Shown here piece by piece: positions 1 to 14,990 of a stretch of DNA of 64,000 nucleotides. Under the pieces are notes generated by a model. That model saw nothing but the letters and a program-made list of their open reading frames with translations, was not told where the DNA came from and searched no databases. The translations under genes were made by a program, and so were the position numbers. The first letter of the stretch is position 1; every line of letters starts with the position of its first letter. This DNA comes from the human T2T-CHM13v2.0 reference genome, Homo sapiens. The stretch lies in the NCBI RefSeq assembly GCF_009914755.1, contig NC_060947.1; one strand, written 5' to 3'.

Positions 1-292
<292 letters not shown>

Positions 293-554
293 TTCATTTT
301 GTTTTGTATTTCATATTGTATCATAATCACACTGGAACCAATATACACATCTCTCTCATGGCTAACTTGTTAAAAACTTTATCTTCTATACCATTTTAAT
401 GCATTTTTGCCTGGAAAACAAATGTTTTTACATAGGTCTTAGGAATATTATTCACAAACTAACCAACACCAGGAAAGGCCATCTCAGAAGGTACTGAAAT
501 CTGACTCTGAAGATGTATAATTTTCCAACCTACAATTAGAAGAAGATGAATGAT

Positions 555-914
<360 letters not shown>

Positions 915-1450
915 TTAGCCTTTAATCGTAGATCATCAATGGACAAAAGTCAACTAACAGCTAAGTTTCCCTGCATGCAAATGCAATGGAACCAAAACAA
1001 CAGATCTTCCAAAGGCTCAACATAATCAGTTAGAGAATTGGATAAAATCTTTTCCTCCACACAATATACTGATTCATACAATGACACAATCAGAAAAGAA
1101 AGCTAAGATCTATGGCCATTCCCAACTATAATATCACCAAATATGTGTTCATTGTACAGGTCTATGTAGACAAACATACATTCATTGAACTCCAAGGGAG
1201 AAACATGCTATAAATAAAATTTCATTTCATCTTTAAGATCTTAAAGTCTGCATTGGTTTGAGAAGGGATTCATGACCATGTTGCACAAAGGTAGTAAAAG
1301 GAATAAACATATCCAATCACATAAAGTAAATACCGTGAAGTGGAATTAACCAGGAACTGGAATAACAGGATTCAAATCCACGAGCCCCGTCAAAACGAGA
1401 AGTGGACTTTTCATGTTTCCTCTTGCTCAGTCATTCACATGATGAAATCA

Positions 1451-1687
<237 letters not shown>

Positions 1688-2568
1688 TCACTGATTTCCC
1701 TATTTTGACTTGAATTAAGCACATTTATTTTTATGGATGATATGACCCTTGATAAGAGTGTCTAAGGAAAATGATCAATGCTATTACGTTTTCTATTTAT
1801 GGAAATGGTATTTTAAGAAGCATACAGACATTTAGCGTACTCTGCTCATCTAAGCTTCTATATATATATCTAAAGCACTAAAAGAAATGGTTTTAGGTAA
1901 AGTACACATTTCCTAAATTTTGCTCAAACCCTAAAATGTGATTTAAATTGAATAAACACATGGGACCCTTGATGAAATATATTTTATCTTCTAATTAAGT
2001 ATAAAATCAACTTCAAAATTATAATTAATTTTAATATAGTTGCATCTTAATTCGCAGGTGAGTGTACAGATTCATCTTCAATTTAACAATAAAAACATAA
2101 AAGTAGTAGTGAAGCTATAAACTATCAATAAGGGACAGATAATGACAAGAAAGCAAAATCAACAGTTAAAAATTATTAACTGAACAGAAATAGGGAAAAA
2201 AAAGAAAAGATGTCCAAGCAAATGTCTTTGTTCCAGTGATTACAGTAACATACTAACATACTTAGGTGACAAAAATAAAAGAGATGTAATAAAAAATGGC
2301 AAAAGAATCCAAACTATTTAAATGCTTTATATTTTCACAGGGAATATAAACTCCCATTGTGACTTGCAACCAATGATTCCTCTTGGTAATTTACTTTATT
2401 ATTTAAATTAACAATGATGTAAAAACAATGATCTGTGATGATAGAAAGTTGGAGACCATCTGTAGGGCCTGCTTTGTGAAAAAGACCTGTTTTATAACAT
2501 TAATCAGCCATTAGGGCTGCATTTAATCTTTGGAAGACTGACCTCACGTATAAATATTTCTGGATACA

Positions 2569-2571
<3 letters not shown>

Positions 2572-2622
<51 letters not shown>
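2572..2622. repeat. (TG)n microsatellite, about 25 units
   Basis: Directly visible. Confidence 0.98.
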
Positions 2623-2624
<2 letters not shown>

Positions 2625-4850
2625 AATTTAAATATCTTTGTAACTAAAAGAAAACTCAAGTATTTATGCATATTTATTTTCAATTTTTTCATCAATAAAG
2701 TTTTTTTTTTTCCTCATAATCCACAGGGACACTTTTGAAATACCACAAAGGAATTCTGAGGATATGAATTACCATCGTTTGGATGGTGGCTCCAATTTGA
2801 ATGAATTATGATCACAATTTTACTGGGTGCATACAGAAGACACGACATACCCATTGGTCACAGTAAAGCACACAAAAGAGTGTCAAGTTACCCAAGTATT
2901 TATTTGCAGATATTTAATCCACGGCAGAAAAGTGTCTTTTGTTTTCTCATATAAAATTCAAATATGAAGTAAAAATCTTCTATTAATCATTTATTCATCA
3001 TACACTACGGGAAATGTCTTCTGCTATATGAATAAGAAATGGCTTTTCTCATGATCCACTGCTTCTTTCTGGTTCCTAATTTGCTGTTTTTGGCCTCATT
3101 TCTTTTACCATTACCAGCGGTTGCCTAGTAAATTGTGGAAAAAAGAGTAAGTAGAGATTTTGAAGGGCTGCTTTAAAGTGCTCCCTTGGAAAATATGTGA
3201 GATTAACATCTCTTACCTTTCATAAAATATAGAACAAGACTCTCTTGAACTTGTGGAAGTAATAACCAGCTGTTATATTAATGCAAAGTCAAAAAATCAT
3301 AACTTAACAATATGAAATGAAAATTAGATGGCATTTTAATGGTAATAAAGATTCACTGGGAACACTGTGAAAACAGATCCTAATTATCGAGAGGAAATGT
3401 ATTAAAAAGAGAAGGCCAAACAGGATACAAATTAGAGCAGTATAAGATATGAGACAAAAGTTTATTTCATTTTTATGTATTTGCTCAATACTGATAAAAT
3501 GTCAGGCATTCAGAAGCCCTTATCAAAGAAGGGGCTACCTGAAGCAGGTGTAGATTTTGATCTCCTATGGCCATCAGAATGGAGATCTCTCAGAGAGCTA
3601 CTTGAGACAGTGACAGCTCTATGAGCTCAGTAAAAGTAACAATACTCAAAATGTTAAGGGAAGACTGGGCACAGCAAGGGTGTTGGCAAGATTTCTTTTC
3701 TTGGAGAACAGCTGATTTATGAAGATAAGCAAGGAGGGGAGCAACTACAAGAATTGGTCAAAAGACCCTGTCATGGACGTTGGGCTTGACCAGCAAGGAT
3801 AATTCAGGACTCACTTTTGGGCTTTAAATTGCCTTTCAGACAGAGACCCAAAGGTCCAGCCAGGACCTTAATGGAGTTCCATGCATTTTGCTACCCAGAT
3901 GGGAAAAATGTGCTTTTAGCTAATCCTATAGAGCCTTACCAATGAAGAAGGGCTTGCTTGAGTACTTTTTTTGTTGCTTCTCCTCTTTAAAAAAAAAAAA
4001 AATCATTTCTTGTGCAGAAAGGGCAGAAAAACAGCATGCGAGTTGTCTGCATGAGTACCTCAGACCTACCACCTTTTAAAAAAAAATCCTTTCACTTCTG
4101 GTAGACAATGTGTTGAGCAATTTGGTAGCCTTAAGAAGAAACTTCACAGCAACAAAACATTTTAAGGAGAAAAACGTTTTCAAAAAAGCCGTGGTGTGAA
4201 AAGAAAGATGAACATAGCTAGCTTTTTGTCCTTTTTCAGTTCTGAGATACTCTTATCTTCCCCACCCCCCCTTAAATGCTGTAAAAGGCAGTCCTGAATG
4301 CATCAGGGCTCGTTAACAACAGCATCTCATTAAAACACTTTTTGGTGTACTTCACTGTGAGCAGATTATCAGAAATCTATGTTGGAATCAATATGTTTGT
4401 GAAGAAAAAAAAAACTGATATTTCAGCCCCCCCCCCCAAAAAAAATTCTTCTAAGGTGCTGTACAGTTTTGTAGTTTATAAAAATAATTAAGAAGACCAA
4501 AGCTCCAAAGTAGTATATTAACTTACAAAATAACATTTGGAAGGGAGAAAATAGACTATACATGCATGTTTTAAAATTCCATTTTCTCTTCTTGCGACCA
4601 AGCCAAAAAAAAAAAAAAAAGGGCTTCTCTGTAAACAGTAGTTCATTACTCTTTTCATGTTTAGAAACAATGTTTATACTTCTCACAGTGATTTGTTTCC
4701 TGTACATGGTAACTGGGATTAAAAAATGACAGTGGTTTCTATACAAGAAGAAAATAATTAAGGAAGCACACCAAAGTGTACTAGTTTTAAATAAGGGGAG
4801 AAAAAACAGATTGAAATGAAAAAAAAAAGAGAGATAGATAGATATAAAAT

Positions 4851-4856
4851 CATGCA
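4851..4856 (-). promoter_or_regulatory. UGCAUG (RBFOX-type) intronic element 32 nt downstream of the A2 exon; second copy at 4561-4566
   Basis: catgca on + equals TGCATG on the transcript strand; typical enhancing position. Function is inferred. Confidence 0.55.
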
Positions 4857-4888
4857 CTGGGGTTGAGCTTTGAAAAAACAAAAAATAC

Positions 4889-4948
4889 CTTCGTCTTCAC
4901 CACGGTCATTACTCGTTATATCATCTGCGTTTTTCTTTGTGTTGGCTC
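4889..4948 (-). CDS. NLGN4X: Alternative 60-nt cassette exon, neuroligin splice site A (A2-type insert): (G)ANTKKNADDITSNDRGEDE(D)
   Basis: Minus strand reads ...tatgaccccAG|GAGCCAAC...GACGAAG|GTattt. Exactly 60 nt, phase 1-1, in frame with the 153-nt exon; acidic 20-aa insert resembling A2 of other neuroligins. Confidence 0.92.
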
Positions 4949-5672
4949 CTGGGGTCATATTGAGAAGGAAAATAAAGGGAAAAAAGAGAATTCAAAAACA
5001 ACAGGTTTTCAAAAAATTCAGAAAAGAGAGAGATGCTACCCAGAAAAAGAAAAAAAGAAAAGAATGTAACACAAAAAGTTGAAATTTGTTACATTTGGAT
5101 TTCAAAAAAATGAGATAGGGAAATGCAAAATGCATATAAACATAAAGATGTCAAGAAGAACAAATTCAAAATGTTACTTGCAAAAAATATTAGATATCCT
5201 GTGAATATGCAGTTGGGGGTTAAAATGATGCTACTGCAAAAAAAAAATGCTAACGTGAGTTGTTTTAAAAAAAGAAAAAATTAAATTATTAGAAAAGACA
5301 TTTCCCACATTCTTTAAAGAAATGCTTATGGCGTATTCAATGGTCCTCTGATGTTAACATGTTGTAATTTAAATAAATTTTTGAAATGTTACTGACACAT
5401 TATGGTTAGAAATTTTCATAAGGCAAGCAAAAACACACACAGTAAACATGGAAGGACTTTATTCAAAATATTATATAATTGACATTAATTTCATGCATTA
5501 AAAACTTATAAACATGCAATCTCAAAAAGTCAGAATTGTGACTAATTTAAATCACTAAGATTTACCTCTACTCTGTGTTTAGAGAAGCACTACCCACTAT
5601 TCACTCTTGTTTTCTTCTATTAAAATCTACTACATGCAATAAATATTTAAGTCAGGACAAAACATTATAGAC

Positions 5673-5810
5673 CATGTCCTATGTGTTTAAAATAGTTATT
5701 AAATATCATTTGAAAGTTATGTCCTCTGTGTGTAAAATAGCTATTAAATATCGTTTGAAGATCATGTCCTCTGTGTTTAAAATAGTTACTAAATATCATT
5801 TGAAAGTTAT
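5673..5810. repeat. 45-bp tandem repeat, 3 copies
   Basis: Unit catgtcct(a/c)tgtgtttaaaatagttattaaatatcatttgaaagt starting at 5673, 5718 and 5763. Confidence 0.92.
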
Positions 5811-6843
5811 TGGTACGTGAATTTGTTGAAGAAAATAAAAATCGAAGTCATCTACCTTGATCACCTCAATAAGATCTGCATAGGAATTTTAATATAGGCA
5901 AAATGCAGGAAGAGGCCCTTAAGGATAGCAAAAACTAGCTTATGCTCTTAGTGCACAGAGCACCATTTTGGTTTTTATAGTTTCCACATTTAAAAGGTGT
6001 GAACATTTAATTTTGCCTGAATTAATTAATTGGCTCCATTGCTTCCTTCTCATAGACAGATGCAGCCCATATGTGCATATCCCACTATCAATAACTTTAA
6101 CTGCGTCAATCAATCAAGACAGTCTTTGCCTTCCTATAGGGTTCTAGGATAAGCGGATTAAGGCAAAGGGAAAATACTGTCATCTCCAACACTTGTGAAT
6201 GGAAAACACTCCTCTGTTCTACATAACTCAGAAGAGCTTAAACATATTTTGAAACCAAGACTTGATAATGCTGTTTCCATATATCAAACAAAAGTCAAGT
6301 AATGTCCATTTCATGGGGGCTTAATACCTTTTAAAACCAGACCTGGGTGGTGCGTGGGTGTGATAGCCTTGCTGATCCACTTTCTGTCTTTATAAGATTT
6401 GCCTTCTCTAGGCATTTCATATAAATGAACTCATATAATATGCGGTATTTTGTGTCTGGTTTCTTTTACTTAGCATATGTTTTCAATGTCCTTCCATACT
6501 GTAGCATGCATCAATACTTCATTCCTTTTTATGGCTAAATTATTTTCCATTGTATGGGTATACCACATCTTTTAAATCCATTTATTTGTTGAGTGACATT
6601 TGGTTTATTTCTACTTGTTGATTATTATTAATAAAGCTGCTATGAACATTTGTGTACTATTTTTTGCATGGATATATGTTTTCATCTCTATTGCATAGAT
6701 ACCTAGGGGTGAAATTGCTGTTTCATAAGGCAAATTTATGCTTAATGTTTTAATAAACTGACAGACTATTTTCCAAATCAGCTGCAATACCTGGCATTCT
6801 CACCAACGGTGGTATAAAGGGTCTCTATTTCTCTAATACCTAG

Positions 6844-7209
<366 letters not shown>

Positions 7210-7841
7210 TAGTTTTCATTTGCATTTAGCTAATGTTTAGTAACTAATGATATTAAATATCTTCTCATGTACACTGTCTTTGCAGAAATGTCTATTAATT
7301 TATTTTTGCCCATTAAAAAATAATTTCTTTCCTTCTTATTATTGAATAGTAAGTGGTTTGTTTACATATTTTCTAAATAAAAGTCTTTTATTGGGAATAT
7401 GGTTGGCAAATCTCCTCTCCCAGTTTATGGCTTGTCTTTTGGTTTTCTCAACAAATAGCACTTTATGTTCTCAATAGTGCCTTTTGAAGTGTAAAAGTTT
7501 TTAATTTTGATGAGTTTCACTTGATCAATTCTTTTAAGGATTGTACTTTTGAGGTCATATTTATGAAATCTTTCCCAATCCATGGCCCTGAAGACCTTCT
7601 CCTGTGTTGCTGAAGTTTCCTAAAAGTTTAAGAGCTTTAATTCTTATATTGCCACCTGTCGTTCGAGTTAATTTTTGGGTACAATAAGAGGTAAGAGTTG
7701 AAATTGATCTTTTTACATATGAATATCCAATTGTCTCAGCACCATTTATTGAAAAGACTATCCTTGCCTCCTTTAATTGTTTTGGCACCATTGTTAAAAA
7801 TCTATTGACTACAAATTGAAGGATTTATTTCTAAACCCTTA

Positions 7842-8274
7842 TAATTGACGCTTGAACAACACAGTTCTGAACTGTGCAGATCCACTTATATGTGGATTTT
7901 CTTCTGCCTCTGCCACCCCTGAGACTGCAAGACCAACCTCTCCTCTCCCTCGTCCTCCTCAGCCTATTCAACCTGAAGATGAGGATGAAGATCTTTAAGA
8001 AGATCCACTTCTATTTAATGAGTGGTAAATATATGTTCTCTTCCTTATGATTTTCTTAATGGTATTTTCTTTTCTCTAACTTAGTTTATTGTGAGAATAC
8101 AGTGCATTGTATATATAACATACAAAAGATGTGATAATTAGCTGTTTATGTTATTGGTAAGGCTTCCAGTCAACAGTAGACTATTGGTTGTTAAGTGTTG
8201 GGGGGGTAAAAAGTTTTAAGTGAATTTTCGACTGTGCAGGGGTTCTAACCTTCACGTTGTTCAAGGGCCAACTG
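7842..8274 (+). mobile_element. Tigger2a/MER28-like non-autonomous DNA transposon
   Basis: TIRs taattgacgcttgaacaac ... gttgttcaagggccaactg, flanking TA dinucleotides, about 433 bp. Confidence 0.85.
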
Positions 8275-8804
8275 TAATTAATTATATTTCATTGGTCTAA
8301 ATTTATACCCATGTGAGTTGCCTGCTATCTTGATTACTATATCTTTATAGTACCTTTTAAAATAGAGAAATGGAAGCCCTCCAACTTTCTTCCCCTTTTC
8401 CAAGGTCTTTTTGATTGCTCTAGATCCTTTGCCTTTCCATGAAACTTTCCAAATCAGCTTGTTAGTTGCAATAAAAACTCCTGCTGAGATTTCGATAGAA
8501 ATTACTTGCCAAATCCCAATTTTAAATTAATCTTGTATATCAGAGCCTGACCCAGAAACATAATTAGATGCTGTCTTTCCTGTTCTACGTATATTTAATT
8601 TGTTTATCCTTTCATTCTTTTTTAATAAACTGCTGCTCTATTTGTCCATGTAAATATAACTAATTAAATGCCTTTAAAACAAACCAAGTTCTCTTGAGTA
8701 TCTAGTTTAGACACAACCATGGACTATGTAAATGCAGGTTTTAGAAGATTCAGGAAAAACAATTTGTCTACAGTTTATTCAAGAATAAACCCAGCTTGTG
8801 GCTG

Positions 8805-8807
<3 letters not shown>

Positions 8808-8846
<39 letters not shown>
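8808..8846. repeat. (CA)n microsatellite
   Basis: Directly visible. Confidence 0.97.
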
Positions 8847-9230
8847 CCCAAATAAAACCTAGGTAGGCTGTGAGTTTCCTTTATCTTCTCTATGTCTACC
8901 CTTCCTCAAAATTCCAGAATAATATTCCTTTTCATACAACAATTAGCATCTCCGTAAAACCTCTGTGCAGAACTGGCTTTAAATATTAAAGAGAAGATTT
9001 AAATACTCCAAGCAAAAGTACAACAATTCTATTATTAAAATTTAAATATCATTTTATAAATAAAATCTCAATGTCCCTAATCCTGAAGAATATTCCAGCT
9101 TTTTTTTAGCCTGTTCCTCTGATGTCCCCATTTAGTGCTTTATCTATGTTATTTTCAAAAGTTAGTCTATTTAAAATAGCACTTTATGTTATGAATGTAA
9201 GAGAAAAACTTTGTAAAGAATTTGGAAAAT

Positions 9231-9545
<315 letters not shown>

Positions 9546-11227
9546 TTGGAAAACGAAGACTATTGTCAAAGTGAAAATTAACATCAAAGGAAAACCTCAC
9601 AGTCACATATACTGCTGTTAACATTACAAGTCAGAAAAACAATTTAAATCTGTATTTTTAATATATATTAATTATTGCCACTTATGTATCTAAATCATCA
9701 TAGAAAGTCAATAGATACAAATGTGATCTTATCTAAGCAAGAATATAAGGAAATAATAGAACCAAAAAGAACCTTCAGCATTATTGTTCTGCATGAGATA
9801 TCATATTGAACTGTATTAGTAGTTCATAGTTTACTGCATATTCGTTTTCTTTTAAGTGGGCAAGGTTAATTTTCAACTTAGTCTTGTTAAGTAGAGAAAG
9901 AGACTTTTTAAGCTAAGTACATTATTTCCACACAGGGAAAGTTGCATACGGCGGGGGGTGGGGGAGGGGCACGGAAAGAAATGTTTTCCTGGCTATCACA
10001 GATGTGGATGTGATTGATTATTTTGTCACTTGGCCATAGAGTAATATGGGCTTAATCTTCTAATCCAATGCAATATCCCCAGCTCTCGGCAGCAAGGAAG
10101 TGACTGGTATGTCCTCACAGACTGCCCATGACACATGGGTTCATTCACTCAGAAGCCAATTCCTTCTACAAATATGTGTTGACCCTTTTAACATGCAGTC
10201 CCGACTAAGACAGGTAATGCCATGCAGTCCTGGCTAAAAGAGGTAATGACACACCCACACTGAAGAAGGAGATGAACATCAGAGACAGACATGCACACAG
10301 ATCATTCCAACGGGGCAGGAAAATGCATGCATGAATTTAGGATCCTCTGCTGTTCCTGGTAGGAGAGTCTGGGGATAGAGGGGTGGCTGGTGAGGAAGTG
10401 GGTTAGGGCTTCTAAATATGCACAGAAGATCTGGGGCCAGGAATACATTTATGGGAGCAAAGAAAACAGGCTGCTCTGAGCAGAAGCATGGGTTGGAGGC
10501 TGAGGGCACAGAAAGGACATGAATAGCCCCAGAAAGATGAGAAGAACAGGTACACAACCTGGACAACTCCTCTTTCCTCCATACACCTGGAGAACAGACT
10601 CTAGCTGGGGAAAATATTCCATGCATACACTTGAAATATATTTGAGCCTCCACTTGAATAACACTACCACAATGAATTTGAAAGATGACCTTCAGATGAT
10701 TTTCGGATTGGATCATTTACCGATGGGCTTCACCCAATGTATATGCACCTTGAAAAATTGGTTAGCAACAGAAAAGTTCAGTTTCTGCATTTGAAAGAAC
10801 TGCCATAGCTGACCTATGGCTTCTTTTTTCTTTTTCTGAAATCAGAACACCTGAACAGGACCAAACTTCACTCTTAATGGAAATATGTATAAGATAGGAG
10901 GCTTATTTTATGGAGCCTTCAGCAAAGGGGCTTTCCAGAAAGCCGCATTCAAAAAGATATTTCTTGTATTATAAACCCTGGCAGAAAAGGTTGGTAACAA
11001 AGTGTCATGCCTACTGAAGGTCATCCTTTTGTGATGTGGGAAGAAGCTTTTGGTGACCAGGAAGGCTTAGAAAGGAGAACATCTGGGGGCTGAGTACCTG
11101 AAAATTAGTTTCTTTAAAATCATCAGCAGAGTCATACTTTGAAAAATTTTGAAAAGACATCTGCCAGTTTGAAGACCCCAGTTCCAGGGCACATAACTAC
11201 TAGATAGACAATTGTTGAATTACAGGG

Positions 11228-11720
11228 TGTAGTCCACTGACAGGCAAAAGGTTCCCAGTTCTACAATCCTCCCCATGAATTTACTATTCCTCATACATAG
11301 AGAGTCTGTACTTTCACCCCTTGAATCTTGAGTGGCTTTAAGATTGCATTTTTTCAAAAGAAAAAATATAATGATGTGCTGTTTCCAAGACTGGGACTCA
11401 AATCCCCTGTACCTATTCTTACTCTCTTGAAATTCTGCCACTGTCCTGTGAAAAATCAGACTAGCAGGTTGCACAACAAAAGATCTCATAGAGAAGAACC
11501 CATTGGCCCTAACCTAGGCAAAATTACCTCCAGCAACCCCCAATTACCTAAGAGAACTCACTCCAAATCAACAATGCATACACATGAATGAGCCCAGCCA
11601 AGACCAAAATAAATTTCCAGCTAACAAGATGCAGAGGCTCATAAGCAGTAATAGGCGCTTATTGTCTTAAGGCATTGACTTTTAGAGTCCTTTGTTATGC
11701 AGCAGTAGCTAACTGATACA
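11228..11720 (+). mobile_element. MaLR (MLT1-type) solo LTR
   Basis: tgtagt...gcagtagctaactgataca with TG..CA ends and a 5-bp TSD caggg/taggg. Confidence 0.8.
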
Positions 11721-12084
11721 TAGGGTAATACTAATTTTATCTTCAGTAGATACTGGCATATTTCTTTCCAAACAAGTTGTATTATGCTATACACCCACTA
11801 GCAGGTAAGAAAATTTCCTGGCCCTTACCCTGTTGCCAACACTTGACATTATCAGACAATACATTTGCCACTTTGATGAGTATAAAATATTAACAGTTTA
11901 TATTTCAATTTGCATGTTCCTTAAAACTAGTACAGATGCATTTCTATATTCCCATTCTAAATTCCCATCTTGAATAGCAATCCAATTTTTGACTGGCTGA
12001 ATGTCTGTTATTGATTTGTAGGAAATCTTTATATTCATGGATGCTGGCCTCTTTTTGAGCATGTAAAAGCAAACATTTAACAGT

Positions 12085-12560
12085 GCATAGCAGTGCTGCG
12101 TATGGTTCTAAGGGCTTTATGCATGTTGAATATGCATTTTGTTTGTTTGTTTTTTAGAGACAAAGTCTTGCTCTGTCACACAGGCTGGAGTGCAGTCACA
12201 CAACTGTAGCTTACCGCAGCCTCCAACTCAAGGGCTCCAGTGATTCTTCGACCTCAGCCTCCCGAGTAGCTGGGACTACAGGTGTGCACCACCACACCTG
12301 GTTAATTTTGTTCTATTTCTTGTAGAGATAAAGTCTCACTATGTTGTGCAGGCTAGTCTTGAACTCTTGGCCTCAAGCAAGTCTCCCACCTCAGCCTCCC
12401 AAAGTGCTGTATTACAGGTGTGAGCCACTGTGTCCAGCTCCGAATATGCAATCTTCATAAATACCTTATGAGATGTGTAACTAATATCATTTTATAGCTG
12501 AGGAAAATTAGGTATACAGATATTAAATAATTTGCCCAAGTTTACACAGTTGAGCATTGG
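12085..12560 (-). mobile_element. MIR split by an AluJ (Alu 12137-12441, minus)
   Basis: MIR core cattttatagctgaggaaa...aatttgcccaagtttacacag; Alu bounded by TSD gaatatgca (12128-12136 / 12442-12450). Confidence 0.85.
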
Positions 12561-12999
12561 TGATATCTAGTCTGTTGTCTTTAACCATTTTATTGATTTT
12601 TAATTATCTAAACTAATGCTTTAAAATGCATAAGTATTATAATTTATCACTATTTTCTCTATAATTTCTGCTTTTTTTAAAAAAAGGATTACTTAATCCA
12701 GAAACATAAAGACATTTTATTTGCTTACATATTCTCCTAACAGTTTTAAGGTTTTATTTCACATCTGGGTCATAACTCACCTGGAATTTATTTATCTGGA
12801 TGCTAGAGCATAGAGATTATTTTAATTATTTCCTTAGAGAACAGTTCCATTTTCAGCTACATAGGTATTACAGCTCTTTACTTACATGCCAAGTTTTATA
12901 TCTGCTAGATTCTGTTTCTGCCTACCTTGTTCTGTTCTATTTTTCTATATACCTAGCCTGTCTTATTTTATCTGGTTTACAGATAAATGATAGACAGAT

Positions 13000-13235
13000 A
13001 TAATTGCTTAATTGAGATATAATTAATATACCATACACATCACCGTGTCAAAGTATGCAATCCAATGGTTTTTAATATATTCATGGATCTGTGCAATAAT
13101 TGACAATATCTAATGGCAGAACATTTTCATGATCCCCCCCAAAAAAATATGGTACCATTTAGTGGTCACTCTCAGCCCCTGGAAACTACCCATTCATCTG
13201 TGTCTTTCTGGATTTGCTTATTTGGACATTCCGGA
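13000..13235 (-). mobile_element. L1M 3' end fragment
   Basis: attgagatataattaatataccata...tctgtgtctttctggatttgc. Confidence 0.7.
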
Positions 13236-13588
13236 TGTGGGGGGTGACACACTGTCCTTATTCTTAGCTTTCATTATAAGAGGACTTGAACACACCTACA
13301 TGCAACCCTGACAAGCTTCCATGAAGAGTCTATACTAGCCTGTTAGAGGATGATATTCCACATGGAGCACTGTCAAGCACCCTGTTAAGATAGTGCTTGG
13401 CCAATGAGCACCCAACAGACCTGGAAGCTGACTCTAGACTGAAGAGCCTCCCAGCTGAGCACAGCCCAGATGTCCAGCCAAGAATCATAACCTAAATAGA
13501 GGTTGTTTGAGATGCTTAGCTAAATAAAGGTGGTTTGAGATGCTCGGCTTTGAGATGGTTCCTTATGTAGCAAAAGCTAACTGATACA
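13236..13588 (+). mobile_element. MLT1-type LTR (partial)
   Basis: Ends ...tatgtagcaaaagctaactgataca; internal ccagctgagcacagcccaga. Confidence 0.7.
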
Positions 13589-14880
13589 CTACCAGGAACA
13601 TGGCTTAACTCATTTCATCATCAGGTTTCCTTTAGAACTTTTGGGCATTCTCTGCTGTTTCTCCCATCTGCAAAGCCCATATGCTCCTGGAAGATTCATT
13701 TTTACTGATCAGCTTAAATTCCATTTCCTCAGAAAGGCATTCCCTGTTCATCCCAACCTTCCATTCATAAATGAACTTGGGTTCCTCAATTATTCACTGT
13801 AGTTGGCATTTTTCTTCACAAGATGAATTGTAATGTGTAATATGATATCTTGTTAAATAAGGTCTCCCTGTTAGATTGTTAGCAACAAGAAAAAGGTGTT
13901 ACCTGTGATTTTTCAACACCATATTCCTTAATTTGCAATGACTACCAAAATATTCAGCACATATAATATAAGTTACATGGTAAATATCTTTTGGATGAAT
14001 CATATATTTTTGGCTGCAAGCCCACCTCTATTATAAGAGTCACAGTCATAACAGCTATGACAACCAGTGATGAATACAGCCTTTACGTAACAAGTGTAAC
14101 TAATTCTCCTCTTCAAGCAGGGAAATGCAATATTGTATCTTCTTATTTAACTTTGAGAGTAGAAATTAAATTATAATTCATGACGTGGCAATAACATGAT
14201 TTTGGTTAGCATATTGTATATAAGAATTCTGCCATTTGTCATTTCAAAAAACAGGATGAAATGCTTTTGTGATGCCAGTAAAAGCAAGGTCTAATTCTAA
14301 TTTTCTACTAGCTCAAAAATGCTTCATTGTAATAATGGAAGTAGGATTTTCTGTATTTTTCTTGTTTTTCTCTTAGTAGCTTTGGAAGACAGACTGAGAG
14401 AAAAAGGTGAATAGTAATTTTCCTTTGCTGTTTTGCTGGATTTAGCAATAATTGATTTCACACTTTTACAGGTAGGAATCAAAATAAATCTAAAGATTTT
14501 ATGGGTCTCTGACATATTCCTGTGCTTACTATTAGAGTCCTAGAGCATTGTCTAACTTTCCATAAGCATTTTTTGTTGCAAATTTTACTATTGAAATGTT
14601 TCTGTCCTCAGAAATGAAATACAAATCCTATTATATTTACATGAGCCTTTCCCATTTTTTTTTTAGAATTTTCAGCTGATAGACAATATTATCTCGAAGA
14701 ATCTATGAGCTTGAGATTAAACCACAGTGTGTTTAAAAATAGGTACTAAATAATGTATTTTGCTAGGTATTTTTAAATGTATGTTTATTAAGAAAAGTCA
14801 TGTTGAGAACATAATTGACTTTCATTTGTCCTAAGATGCTTGTTGAAATGTTGTATTAAAAACCTAACATACCCATAGAG

Positions 14881-14884
<4 letters not shown>

Positions 14885-14937
<53 letters not shown>
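14885..14937. repeat. Compound (TA)n(CA)n microsatellite
   Basis: Directly visible; second (CA)n at about 15332-15365. Confidence 0.95.
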
Positions 14938-14990
14938 GTACACATATCTATACATATAACTCTTGAAATGTTGTACTAGAAACCTAATAA

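Noticed and set aside
4758-4958. 66-aa ORF with hydrophobic tail as a membrane-anchored isoform
   Set aside because: The tail comes from U-rich intron read-through past the A2 donor; no evidence of retention, and it would probably trigger NMD.
5298-5330. Minus-strand KHFFKECGK, faintly like the neuroligin A1 insert (KRISKECARK)
   Set aside because: Only KEC really matches, there are no suitable splice sites and the following sequence is unrelated; likely chance.
5673-5810. CRISPR-like array
   Set aside because: Contiguous tandem units without unique spacers, in eukaryotic DNA.
13492-13545. 28-bp tandem duplication (similar ones at about 36828 and 30876)
   Set aside because: Ordinary slippage-scale microduplications.
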